DNA of 63,855 nt, filler included, from Choristocarpus tenellus KU-1152 (lineage: Eukaryota; Protista; Phaeophyceae): the NCBI GenBank assembly GCA_964200185.2. It is 9 parts of 9 records of this genome, joined end to end, with 100 filler letters (N's around TTAATTAATTAA, not from the genome) between each part and the next. Parts side by side here need not be neighbours in the genome. Positions count along the whole stretch, not along the records: positions 48,620 to 52,727 come from CAXNAD020016162.1; positions 52,828 to 56,939 come from CAXNAD020016150.1; positions 57,040 to 61,141 come from CAXNAD020016196.1; positions 61,242 to 63,855 come from CAXNAD020026257.1; 5 more parts are not named here. One strand, written 5' to 3'. Below the pieces are notes generated by a model. It saw only the letters and a program-made list of their open reading frames with translations, was not told the DNA's origin and did no database searches. Made by a program: the position numbers and the translations under genes. Position 1 is the stretch's first letter. Each line of letters begins with the position of its first letter. Below are positions 49,520 through 62,929 of the stretch, in pieces.

Positions 49520-50993
49520 ACTTATTTCCTTCCACTTGCCGTCCTTGTAGGCTCGGTCGAAGGCGGTCTCCATCTTCTCTTTCGCATCGTCCTTTGACGC
49601 CGCGTTGGACACGAACACCTCCACCCTCCTACTCTGTTCAAGGACCGCCTCCGTCACGTTGTGTATCTCCTCACTGAAGGAGACGACGGTGTCCCCAGGA
49701 TTCGTGTACCTATCGTAGGAGGCCGAGTCGAAAATTATCCCACTCATGGTGCGGTTTGATGTGTAATGTACTGATTCAGGGAAACACACTCATGGTACGG
49801 TTTGACACCCCTGAACCATCACCCAGCTTGTTACGTTCCTGTTTAACAATGATCTACACCTATACAAAAAAAGTCGTTGCTCCCGTGAAGAAGGGCATGT
49901 GTGACGTAATTAAGAGCCTGTTAACGGGGAAGTGGAGGCCCCTCATGGGGATGTCCGTCGCAGCACCTTGGTACTCGACGTCACACATGGTTTGGAGCAC
50001 CGGAGGAGACGGATCACTCCCGTCGCCAAAGATATTGTCGACGGTGACTCGCTTGTTGCATGTGAACTCTGTCCCATCGTTGTGCGCGAGAAGAATCATG
50101 TCCTGGTGGCATCTGAGATGGTTATCAATCAGTGCCTGCGAGAGGGCGCCCCCCCCCCCTCGTCTTGTACATTAGAAGCAGGGGATGATCTTCCACAACC
50201 AAGCCCACCTTCGATGCCATAAGAGCCGCTGAATGAAGAGAAGGCGGGAGCAAGCGCGTGGGTCTGGCATGCGTCAAACTTGATAGTGACAGTACACAAG
50301 TACATTATTGTTGAGCTTCATGAAATCGCATACCACTAACATAATAATAGTACAACGAGGGTGGAACGCAAGCCAAATAACAAATGCAAAAATGAAAACA
50401 ATAGGAAATTCTGAGATAGAAGGAAAGACGGCAATAAAAAAGTAGTGAAGACAACTAACACCAGCATGCGATTCACGGAAATCAAACAAAGAACTACGAA
50501 GGACATGGGGGGGACGAGCAAAGAGACAAAAGGAAATACAAGGTACGAAGAAGATGAAACAACATGGGGAAAGCGAAAAAAAAGACACACGACAGAATCC
50601 GTATCTCTTGAACGGCCGCCACCGTTTCCGATCGAGACACGGGCGGACTGATATCGGCCATGGCGGATTGCAATAGTCTCCCGCAATACACCCCCCCGTA
50701 TTTCGGCGCGCGTCGAACTCTGCAACTCACCGTGTAGGCGGTGTGATTGCACGGTCCACGGGTGGGGCACAAATAGCGCAATGGTGCCCTGAGGATGTAT
50801 CTTCACCTGCAAGTACCTCATCACCTGGCGCAAGTGGGTGTTGGTCGCCTCCTCGTCGTTGAGGAGTCTTGGCTCCGCGGCGATGGACACTATGGCGAGC
50901 TTTGGCGCGTTGTGGAAGGCGAAGTCTTTCAGGCATTCTAAGGGTAGCGTCGGGTCGAGAGGGCAAAGGTCGTGTAGTGCAGTGTTCTCAGCC
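49520..50993 (-). pseudogene. Spliced ORF resembling a degenerate beta-class N4/N6 DNA methyltransferase domain; part of a larger multi-exon gene or pseudogene spanning contig 48620-52727
   Basis: Exon 50993-50731 splices in phase to 50228; motif order matches beta-class MTases (see findings); one frameshift in a G11 run at 50149-50159. Identification by eye only. Confidence 0.55.
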
Positions 50994-53900
50994 CTGGTTG
51001 GATACCATGACACATGACATAGTACACAGACAGCACGACGAAAAGGACAGCATCGTAAACAACGGTGCAGGCAATTGTATCAAAAAGTGAGGACCTGATA
51101 ATATATTCCCGGCATCCCCAAAATGTTAAGCCATACCCCCCACAACGCCAGATACATCAGATACATCTCGTGGAAGGAGGGGAGACGTCAAACAGGAAAG
51201 TTCCATGGCCCATGGAAACTTCCAAAAAAACGCCATACCGATCACACAAAGGACGAGCAATCCACATGATGTACCACCAGCCGAGACCCACGTGCAAACC
51301 AACGCGAAACCGAACACGCAGAGACGACTTGTATGTCCCTATGATGTACAACCACGCCGAGACCCACATGCACTTCTCCATGTCCGCCGTTTCGCTGCAT
51401 GAGGAGGGACGTAAAAGGCTTTGCCTGCTGGGTGACCGCCCACGCTCCTTGCGTTACGTTTACCCTTACCCTTGCCCCTGCCCCGACCCGCCGCTGTGTT
51501 CCTCATCGGTCCAGTCCCTTCGCTGCCCTCCTGTGCCACGGGGAAATTGATTCACAATCGATCCTTGTGCCTCTTGTCGCCCACAATCTCCACGTTGGCA
51601 CATTTGCCCATGTGCGTGATGGAGCACCTTGGGCAGGAATACCTACCGCGCGTGGCATCGAACGAGAGCATCAAATAGACAGAACAGCATTTTTTCCACA
51701 TCATTAATTGGGCGCAACAACGCAACATGGGGATCCACGACTACGAAGGACCACGAAATTGGCGTCACAAAACAATACGAACTACAGGTGAGATACAACA
51801 GTCGGTTGCCACATGCACTAACACACTCGGGCTGTGGCACAAAGAGACCCGGGGGTAGCGACCGCAGCGCCACACACAGAGGGACCCCGCGACATCCACT
51901 GGTGTGGTGGCGTGCATGGCTGAAGCAAGACAACTTAGTTAGCCGTTCGGGCGATCGGATGAAAACCAATCTTACGCCATTAATTACCCGCCATTCGCGT
52001 GTGCACCATTACAAATACATTACTCACCGAGCCGTAGGCGGAGGATTGCATTTAGTACAGCAAACGCCCGCATTCCACCCTCCATGGCCGTTTTTTTCTT
52101 CTTCTGCACCAGGAACGCTGTCGACAGAACCCCCCTCGCCCGTATCCTTCCTGCCTAGCAGTCCGTCCCCTCTCTCGTCTTTGTCCCCTCCTTCGTGTTC
52201 GTCCCCTCCCTTGTCTTCGTCCCCTCCTTTGTGTTCGCACCCTCCCTCATCTTCTTTCCCCCCGCCATCTGATGCCGATCAGTTGTTGCTCTCGACGTTG
52301 GCGCCGCCACCATCACTGCCTCGCCCGCTGTGGACGTGATGGAAGTTGACCTGGTTGAGGACATCCTGGTATTTCCCATCCCAGGTGGTGAGGTAAGCAC
52401 GTAGCGTCGAGTCCTTCTCGAGAATCTGGTGGTGGACACGGCGGAGAACGTTGTAGAGGAGTGGAGGGGACGATGGTGACGTAAAAAATCGGAAAGTGTA
52501 CTGGAAGAACGATAGCATGTCAATCGAGCAGAGCAAACGATACGGTTTGCGTGGTTAACGCATCTAATGGAGGCGGCTTGCGGGGCGAAATAGTTTGAAA
52601 GAAGTCATTGTCGAGGACGCCAGCCTGTCTGTAGCTCACGACAGTGACACGTGTTGGAGGCACGAACGAGGTACAGATTGGCCAAGATCTTGCCCGGAGT
52701 TGAAGGCAAGAGTTGGCTATTCCCGCTNNNNNNNNNNNNNNNNNNNNNNNNNNNNNNNNNNNNNNNNNNNNTTAATTAATTAANNNNNNNNNNNNNNNNN
52801 NNNNNNNNNNNNNNNNNNNNNNNNNNNCATTTACAAAAAAAAACATATCGGCACTTTCCGCGCACCATTTTGGGTCAAACTCGTCCTCCATGAAATGCTC
52901 CATCCTCAATTTTGGTGTTCAGCTGTTCTTGGCTGACAGTGAGTCAAGGTAAACGAGAGTTGGCCTAGTTTGAATTTCAAGGTCACTAACAACTATATCC
53001 CAATTTCGAAGTTTTGTAAAGAAAATGCGTATAGGGATTTTCTGAACTTTGTCGAAAGTTTATATAGAACTAATATTCTCTAGTGAAACTTAGCACATTA
53101 TTCATAGAAATATGGGTGAACACCAAAAGATGAAAACATGGTTTGTAATGAAAAACAGTCAAAATATGACCATCTCTCGTTTGGCTGAGTTGCTCAATGT
53201 TTGACAAAATCAGTGCCTGGTAGCCAACGCAGTAAAATCCTTAGGCTATTACCCCACTAATAACACACCATCCCCAACCAGTCGATCTTCACGTTTCCCC
53301 TTTCGCCTGATCGAAGGACTTCACTCTATCTTTGCCACAGGGAGTCGGGAAAGGGTCCAGCTGGAACTCGATTCCACAACCTTCGATTTTGTCAATCATT
53401 GAAATGCATACCACTGTTCCGGCAGGATAAAGGTGGAAATATTTTCGACCTTTTCGCCCAGGTATCTCAGTGTTTGACATATATAGGTAGGAGCTGACCA
53501 GGGAGAGGTGGAGCAATGAGGATAGGACTCTTTGGTTTTGTGTGCAGTACCAGCAATCTGCCAATCTGTCAGTCAATAAGAATCAGTCCAAGGAGAAGCA
53601 GCAGTTTATGTCCTTTGTATTTTTCTGTTGCATACGATACTCTGCATCACACTTCACCCCAAAATCTGACCTCACTGATAGAGAAACACCCTCCTTTGCA
53701 GGCAATCATATTTCGTAGTCCAACCTTGACACAATGCTTCTTCTCCACCTAGCTTTACTTACCATCCTACCATGAAAAGGTTTAAATCACAAATCTCCAG
53801 ATACTCCGAGTCTCAGGTGATGCTTCCGTGCTATGGCTTGGCTGTTTGCGGCTGCCCAGGCAGGGCAATCAGCAAGAACTTGCCAGAATTGTGCGTAGAA

Positions 53901-56900
53901 GGGGTTATGACTGACGACATGAAATGACTGCATCATACATACTAGCGCAAACCCACAGAGGGGAACACCTTATCCCTTTTTGAACCCTTCCAGAATAGAT
54001 GAGACTGTAGCTTGCCGCAACCTTGCATGTCTACACTTAAGAGTCCTCGTTATCCTTTTTGCCAATGCTAGTCTTGTCATGCACCTCGTGCTTGAGCTCT
54101 CAGGCTTCTGGGGGGGTCTTGACCACAATCGGATACCGTACCTGAAAGGAGGGATCTCCACAGCTTAGAGGAGGCATCGAAACCTATTTGCATTTTTAGT
54201 TTTTTTCACTTTTATTCTGGAACTTCTCCACTACCTCCACCCTGCCTTAACCCGTGATCAGATGACAGTGCACACTGCACTATCTCTTCTACCCAACGAC
54301 TAAGTGTTGCACTACCATCCAACAAATTGTGCGGCCGCGTGCTTGCCTCGGTTTTCCTCGCATGCTGTGTTGAGCTATCCCACTTCTCGTCGGTCCACCT
54401 CCTCCCTCGAGTCTGGTATGTACTCCCCCCATCAGGTATGCATCTTCCCCCTCACGATCCACATCTTTTGTGTCCCTTTTCTTTTCACGAATTCTGGATT
54501 AATATATTACCCACTCTCACCCTCACCTCCACACCACTCCCAGTCATGTGACGTCAAACCCCCAACTACTCACCGTGCAGGGCTGGGCTTTTGGGGGTCA
54601 GATAGAACATTGTGTTCATCTTTGTTTTTGCAGGTTATTTAAATGCACAGGTAATTATTGGCATCTCCAAACGAAATAATCCCAGTCAACTGTCTGTCGT
54701 GGTCTTCGTCATGCCTTCAACCACAAGATGGCAACCTGCAAAATCTCTTCACTTTGTTTCCAGTGTACTACCCAGAGGCGTCATTTTCTGGGGGTGCTTG
54801 CCTTTGCATGCACCTGATGATACTGCACATGGGGCGGGCAAGTAATCCTCGGAGATAGTTGACTTGTCTTCCACTCGGCACCCTTAGTGACTGATCTTTG
54901 TTTGCAGTCTGGCACTGTTGTTTAACCCTCAGTTCACAATCTTATTCCCAGTGTGACGGGTCAGAGAGTGCATCTATTGGACTGTCCCGATAACCTCTGT
55001 ACCTACTTCCTGCCGCTCAAAATAGACAACATGAGGGGGAGATGGCATAAGGACACGAGGGTAGACAGCCATGCAGAGTGAACGGATAGTACATGTTGAC
55101 AATCAAAATTGGTGGTGATAGTCATTGTTAAGCAGCTTCCCCTCCCACCCTCCCTGCTGCTCAAGAAGAGGGGGAGGAGGGGGATTATTGTGTTGATTGA
55201 CTTGATTGATTCTTTTTTTATGTTCATTTTTCTTTTTTGTTCCCTCTTTCTTGCTGTAAAGTTGGGTTTTTCTTCAGGGGGGGCTGGGGTGGTACTAACC
55301 ACTAAAGGTAATAATGGAATAGGGAGGACACGAAGATAGCAGGATCGCTTTCTGGGTATTAATGGGTGGAGGGTGCAGCTCATTGTTTAACCTTGATTTT
55401 TGGAAATTTAAACACACGTATAATGTGCCTACATATGTACTGTATGGCGTAAGAAAAATCGCTTCGGGTAAGACAAGACTTGACATGAGAGCTTGCCCAA
55501 GTAGCTCAGGTGGTTGTCCGCCCACAATCCGTCATAGAATGCCCGCATTCAAATGGTAACAGAGTCCAGATTTCCTTCACAGGAAATTTGGCTTCGATAG
55601 ACCATTTGTCAAGTAGTGCATTGCTAAGGTACACCCGTACTTTACTATCTTGTCCTAAACCACAAAAATGAAGGTTAATGGAGTAAGCTAAGTTTCTGCT
55701 CAGGATAAATTCCCTATGGCAAGTCCGTAAACCAGTGGATATTCTGACGGAGAAATGAAAAAAAGTAGGAAAGAACACCAAAGGATAAATTTGGATTGAA
55801 GGGGGATTTGGAGTTCAGAAAGTTAATTTTGGGGATAAGTGGCGCTAAGAACAGAAACAAGATGGGCGGTAAGCTGAAGAAGGAATATTGTCAAATATTT
55901 GAGAAGGAGGAACGAGGGGGGCAGGCTGGGGAAAATTTTAAGCACTCTTTCCCACCTACCCACACCCTATTGATTACTCGCAAGTGAGTGGGATGATAGA
56001 GGAGGGGGAGGTCAAGTTCAGATGGGGTGGATGACTTCCAGTTCAAAGGCACAGTATGGGAGTGGATGGAGGTGGAGTATTTGGGATGATTGTCGGGTGT
56101 TGTGGAGGAATGTAGAGCGTCTTGGATGTGGGAGGAGCTTTTTGGGAGGATTGATCTTGGAGGGGAAAGGCGGATTGGTTGTATTGTTTTGGAGGGTGGA
56201 TATGCGGATTGGCAACATCGATTTGGAGAGAGGATGTGCGTATTGGCTGCATTATTTTTAAGATTGGGTATGTGGAATGCAAGGATTAGGGTCCTGGGGT
56301 AGAGCTCTGAGAGGAAAGGATTATCCATTTTGACAATTTAGCTAAATGTCTAATAATTGAGAAATTTGGAGAAGTTTGTACTAGGTAAGCACTAAAGGGT
56401 CCATGCGAGCTTTAGACTTCTCTCTGTACCTCCCATCCATGCTCGGAATATTGTAATACTGATATCACAAGAAACGCCAGACGCCTGATCCGTACAAAAC
56501 CTCAAAGTGATCCCAGTGGTAGGTCCTGCCTGACCAGATGTTATGTCTAAAAAGTCTCTAAGCTTCTCGCTCAGGTTGATGTGTATTTTCTGCTACTGCT
56601 ACCACTGCTACTACTTCAACAATATTATCGCTAAGGAGAACAAAAAATAGATGAAAAACAACAATATCGATTGCTGCCATGTTAGGTGTAATGAAAAGTG
56701 ATATCAATTTGTGGTAGTCTGTTCATTATATCCAACTGGAAGCCAGATGGACTTCAGAACACTCACTTTGTCCATGTGTTGAAGCAATTTAAAGATACTA
56801 AATGAGGAATGAAAAAAGTCGTTACGTTCCAAAACGTGATGTATTTAGAATTTGTAGACGAAGAGTTACTTCAGAACTGAAACATGGCCTTTTTTTAGGC

Positions 56901-58166
56901 TCAAAGTATCTGGGAGGGGGTGGCGGCTGTTCATTTGGGNNNNNNNNNNNNNNNNNNNNNNNNNNNNNNNNNNNNNNNNNNNNTTAATTAATTAANNNNN
57001 NNNNNNNNNNNNNNNNNNNNNNNNNNNNNNNNNNNNNNNGATGGGGCCTTATCAAACGCAGGGAGCTGGGATACGGAGGGGGGACTGCGGGGCTACGGGG
57101 GGAAAAAAAAAAATAATAAATAAATTAAATAAACTTTTTTTTAAGGCCCTCGGACGGGGGGGGGGCTCAGGATGTGCAGGTCCCCCGAAGGCCCCCCGAC
57201 AAGAAGAATGGATGTGCAGAGATCATCTGTGTGGGTAAGCGATGCCTCGCAATGAATATTTGATTTCCATGACCTCTGACAGGTTCAGTGGTCACACACT
57301 CCTGCATGTGTTTCGCTTTACTTCTTAAAAACTATCAGAAAAAAAAAAAAAAAGAAGAGAGATTCTTGTTCGGTTCAGGGGGTTTTTCGATTTTCTTTTT
57401 CTGAGCAGTTGAACTGAAGCTGATCGAACCGTCGCGGTTCACGGCACGGGTAAAAAAAAAAAAAACGAATTTTAATTGATCGAGCAATTCTGATTGGTGG
57501 ATAAAAGTTTGGATTTTCACTAAAGAAAAACTGAAGTAAACTATAAACTAAAACTAAAACTAAAACCGAGATAAGCGGTTGAGTTATAGACCGGAAAGAT
57601 TAAAAACACATTCGATAAATGAGATCGCTGAATCAATTATAGTCTATTTTAAACCTTCCGAATTGATAAAACTGTGATCACATCATACATAAATAATGGT
57701 CAGCGTTTCTTCCCTGTCAGTACCCAACCCAAGGTAACCTTACTGCAAGGTTATCGTCGCAAGATCTGTATCTCAAGCCCTACCCTGTTCAAGGTTTCTA
57801 TCGGGGGGGGGGGTTGTTATTATAACAAGGGGTTTTGTCTTTCTTACGTAACCAGTCACATACTACTCCAAGTCTTTGTCAGAGTAAGGATCTCTACGCC
57901 CCGTCAAAATCCATAGCAACACCTTCACCATTGCTCCACACATTGCAAATGTCAAAAACGTGGGCATGTACAACATCACACACACACACATATATATATG
58001 CATACGATGACACAAGGGAAAGGGACCCAAAACAAATGCCCAACTACATCAAGTATTTCCCCACCCTGTCCATCGCATCAAGTCCAAGAGAAAAAATGTA
58101 CAAAATACGGGCACAAGCAAGCAAAAAAAAAAAACTAGCATGCTACTGGTGACCTCTGGGACCTAC

Positions 58167-59224
58167 CTTAAGGTCGGCAAATTGATCACTGATCTTGGGT
58201 CTCTCTTCTCGAGCTTTTTTCATCGCCTCGAGCTGGGCCACTTCTCGGCGACGCTTCCTTCGATTGTCAACGTGCTCATCGATTGACTTGGGGATGGGGT
58301 CCCACCAGCAGACACAACGGTTCACGCACATGATGTAGGGCCATCGGGGGTGGGGCATCAACATACTTCATGAATCATGGAGTGTAGAAGGTTGCGTTGG
58401 TGGGAGGGACGGGTGGACACCACCATCCAAATTGGTACAGGGGTGACGAACGCAGTATCAAAAAGAAAAATCTAGGCAGGGTAAAGGGGGAGTCATGCCG
58501 AACATGAGATTGGATTGATACTGGTTTTAGCAAACCTTCAAACTGCAAAACCCCAGCCTGCTGTTTTCATCTTTTAACCTACACGAAAAGATGGCTTGGC
58601 GAGGGAGCCTTCGAGAGGTGCAAACATACTTCTCCAACAATCTATCCCAAAGTATGTCTACAGATTAATGTACCTCATAAATGCGATCCGCCTCTTCGTC
58701 GTCATTGTCGTAAGGCGAGTCGCCAAACAGCTGCTCAGAGTATCCTGAGAACTCATCATAGTTGCTCTCGGACAAGTCTACTGCTCCTCCAGCAGCCCCT
58801 CCTTTGCTCTTAGGCCCTTCCCCATTCATACGAGCGAGCTCTCCCATTCCACGCCCACGACCTGCGACGTATCCTACAGGGGCAGGCCCAAAATCAGGGT
58901 CCTTGGCGGCCCCAACACCTCCCATGCCAGCCCCACCCCCAGCTTCGGGCAAAGGTGTGCGCGCTGGACCAATGTCAGATCGGGTCGTGAAACCCACAGC
59001 ACCACGCCCCAGTCCAGCAACATAACTCGATGGAGCCCCTGTTGATATAGATAGGTTGTTTCAATTAGGATGCTTCCCAAAAGATTGATCGAGGTGTTGG
59101 ATCTTGACGAAGGTGTGCAAGGTTGGAGAGCTACAAACAAAGAGAGATGAGCCTTACCGGCATTGTAAGTGGCGCGGGTCATCTGACCCACGCCCACACG
59201 AACTCCCCTCATCCCATTAGACAT
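58167..59224 (-). CDS. PRP6: Pre-mRNA splicing factor PRP6 (U5-102K), first three exons 59224-59158, 59038-58674, 58286-58167; remainder not found in this contig
   Basis: PRP1_N signature YVAGLGRGAVGFTTRSDIGPAR, YVAGRGRG, NYDEFSGY, YDNDDEEADRIYE|SIDEHVDNRRKRRRE, ERPKISDQFADLK; splice phases are consistent. Confidence 0.95.
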
Positions 59225-62200
59225 GCCACCTGTTGCAACTGGGTCCTTTTTTGTCCTATCTCTTTTGAGTGTAGACCAAACCCCCTGACTGTGCGGCGGC
59301 GAGCTGCGCGCGATAATAAGAGGAGGGGGGATGATGAGGGGATCAAAACGAGAACTTATGCTGGTTCAAGTCAAGAATTCGATTCGCCCTTGTTCATCCC
59401 CATCACAAAATTCCACCATCCAGGTTATAGGTGCCTGGTGGGTGGGTTAGAAAGGCGTTGGAAGAAGTCTGTCATTTCATGATGGACTTCAAAGGTAAGT
59501 AAGTGTTAGGGATGTAGACCTCAAAACGATTCGATGTTATTGAAATTGAATGAAACCGTGTTCCTGGAAAGAGCGACAATAGTAATCAACCTCATAAAAT
59601 ATTTATTCATCTTAATAGTAAGCATTACACCTCAACAAATGTAGAAATATAATTCCACCAAAATATTGAAGGGGCCAACATTTGGACACCGTTCAACCCC
59701 TTGACACAATCAGATGATTACCCCCCCAGAATTTTGCCTCATGGTGAACTGTTCTTTCGGTATGGAGGAGGCACCATCCAATGGCTGCCCCAGTGGAGGG
59801 ATGTAGGAGGCAAAGGGTGGACACTGCTAATGCTTTCATGTCTCCCGGCGAGCTGCAGTGATCAAGTACAGCAGCAGTCAATGCATGATCTGGGCAGCAT
59901 GTGAAGGCAAATGGGTGTCCCCTGCACCTTGGAGGACGGCAGCCCCTTCACGATAAAACTCTATTTCCATATATGGATCCCTTTTTCATGCAGGCACCCT
60001 CTCCAATATACAGCTATACCCCATACAGGGAAAAGGGACTACTCCTGGATGTGGGCTTCGCTAAAGAACAAGCAGAGTGCCACCTCCTCACCTCATCAGT
60101 CAACAATGATGGTAATCACTGCTGCTGCAGCAGAGGTTCGAAAGCATAACCACAACAAGTAGTGACCTTTTGACCCTTGTAGCCTTAACCTTAACACCAT
60201 TGCAGTAGATAAGTTCGGTCATCTTGGTACACCGAGAGAACAATTTCTCCTGGATGGGTCAGTAACTTATGTTGTAGATGGTTGGGATCCGAAGAGTTTC
60301 AACAGAAAAGGGGCTGTGAAATCACACTCAAGATAGATTTATCGGTTACTGCTCAACTGGCAATCTCAATAAGTGGTTTACATTTCGAATTAGAGACCCA
60401 CAGGGTTGATGGGATAGGAGAGACTTGACGGATTCAAGGGATTATTCCCTTAATTCTCGCTAACCTTTATAGAGTCGGTTCAGGAGTTGCGAATTTTTGT
60501 TTTCTTGTCCATTATTTTACATTACATCTATCTGTGGTTAGTCCATCTGCTATTATTATTGCAATCCCTTACCTTGTTGAGTTTGTTGCATTCTTTTGTC
60601 TGATATTTCCTCTTCTCCAGACTCTATTGTGTCATTATGTTTTGATGTCTCCTCCACTTGATATTTTTTTGTTTTTCCTACACATACATGACAGTCCCTC
60701 CAACATGTCAGCGAACATATAATCCTCACCGTATTATTTCATAGTAATTATATTCCAGTACAACAGCAGCAGCAGTACTGCTGTAATAATAGACCTTGGT
60801 CTAATATTAGTACTGAACTTAGTATTTTCATACTGTTGTAGTACTCAGAATTAAATCCATCTATTGTCCTAATTCCTATCTATAGTAAGATCCACGGTCC
60901 AAAGGTAGTCTCGGAAAAGGCAGCATATTTTCTGGTCGTATCTCTCTTATTGGGTTGAGCGTTCTTCCGTCCCTCTTTTCCCTTTCCCTTTCCCTTTCCC
61001 TTTCCCTTTTCCTTTATATACTAGTAATATTTTTTCGTTCCCTAATGTTTTGCAGTTTTAGTACTAAGAAGATTTTCAAAATTGGGGATGGAGCGGGACT
61101 ACGAGGATGGTTGTTTTGCGAAAACGGTCTTAAAAAAGTACNNNNNNNNNNNNNNNNNNNNNNNNNNNNNNNNNNNNNNNNNNNNTTAATTAATTAANNN
61201 NNNNNNNNNNNNNNNNNNNNNNNNNNNNNNNNNNNNNNNNNCCTCGTTGAGCACCGGAAATGGGTTGCCTTCTTTCGGGATTGAGAGCCCTTGTAGCCCA
61301 ACCCTAACACCTTCTTTCTCGTTTCCTAAGCCACTCTGGCTCACATAGCTTCCAAACAGGTAGGGCCTGCTGCAACTGTCCACTTCTAAGATATTATACA
61401 CCCGCGTTTTTCTTAGGCGTTTCCTGAGCGCAATGGCGCGTAGTCGCACTGCTCTCCTCCCCAACCTTTCCTTCGGCCGGCCACTCTTGTTCTCCCTTCG
61501 CCTGCCATGACCAGGCGCTTCCCCACAGACTTTGTCACTCTACCACACCTGGTGATGGACTTGCTGTTCTCTTCCTGCTTTCCCAAGGTGGCAGAGACTG
61601 CAGAGAAGTACTCCGACGTGGTTGAAGATCCAACCACATTTGTGTGGTAATGCTTTCAATGCATCTTCTCTCAGCGTCAGTGTCACGGCCGCGTGATCCA
61701 TTTCGCGATTCGACCATGATGCTGCGCCACACTACTCGTACGTTGTCGTCACCTAACATCGCACTGAGGTTTCACACAGGTACTTGTTTTTCCGGCCCCT
61801 CTTGACAGAGAAGGTGCTGAGGGTAGATCCAGAGGGCAGAGTGACCTCGGCGGCTCTCCTTGTTTCACCATCGTGGTTCATGTTGTTGTGTAAGTCACGT
61901 GTGTGTGTAGTCACAAAAGTCTACAAAAGGCGTTAAAAAGAGGAAAATCTTGTTTTTTTCTGTTTTTTTTTCGGTGGGGGCCACACCAGTCAAACTTGGG
62001 CAGCGGCGTACCCCAGACCAGTTTTCTCCAAGTAGTTTCTTCACTGTAGCTGCCACTAATTGGGGGTCGCCGTCTTTTGTTCCACCACCAAGGTCGATCG
62101 AACCAGATGTTCCCACCCCCCAGCCTCCCGTGTGGGTGAAAGTTCTTCGTTTCTTCCCTCGAGGTAAGACATCGAAGTGCACTTAGGAACCCCCACTGTC

Positions 62201-62929
62201 CATGGGGAACCCCCACCGTCATACTTTTTTCGCTTCTTCAAACGAAGCTTAGAGTTGTTTTTCACGCACAAGTGTAGGGTTAGGGTTAGGTTCAGGGTTG
62301 GAGTGTTATATTATCAAAAATGAGCGTGGAAAAGTGAAAAGTGGTGGATCCTTCATAGAAGTTGTGGCTCTTCAGTGCACACTATATTCCTCCATCACTT
62401 CTTCCATAATGTTTCCTTGCCTGGTGAGAGATACTTTCACACACAATTTAGGGTAAGGGTTAGAGATAGGGTGAGGTATTCAAAAATTCGTGCGACAAGG
62501 TGAAAACGTCAGGGGGAGTTCCCCAAGGACAGTGGAGGTTTTTAAATGACAGGGGAGTTTCCCATGTTCACTGCAACATGTCAATGGAGGCTGTAATGAG
62601 ACCGCTGCACTGTTCCTTCTCAGCCTGTAACATATTTGTTCAATGTAAATACCTTGTTAAACCATAGAAATTATTGTGTAATGAACCATGATCAGATACT
62701 ACCGTGAGAAAGAAGGATTGAATATAAACTGTGTAAAAAGCTAAAATAACCATAGTCTCTTAGAGGAGAATGGTGTTAGACCAGGTTGTCCATTCTGGGC
62801 TTGATGAAGTGTTTGAAGATACCGCAGTTTGATGCCCGATTTGCTAGTGATCCTCCTACGGATTTGGTTCAGGAAGGGAAATAGAAAAGTATTGTTTGTT
62901 CAGTTGAAGGAAATTGCCATAACTATTCA

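Noticed and set aside
52828-56939. Coding-like remnants in contig 7 (also 12970-13500 and 61242-61880)
   Set aside because: Multiple stops and no diagnostic motif; probably old transposon debris but not assignable.
59480-59904. Divergent gene opposite PRP6 (ATGGACTTCAAAG|GTAAGT spliced to ~59714)
   Set aside because: Gives only a ~67-aa peptide with no recognisable homology.
24643-61241. Recurring TTAATTAATTAA motif, ORFs ending in ...XXXLIN, and any operon-like linkage between contigs
   Set aside because: These are artificial scaffolding spacers; adjacency across them is not biological evidence.
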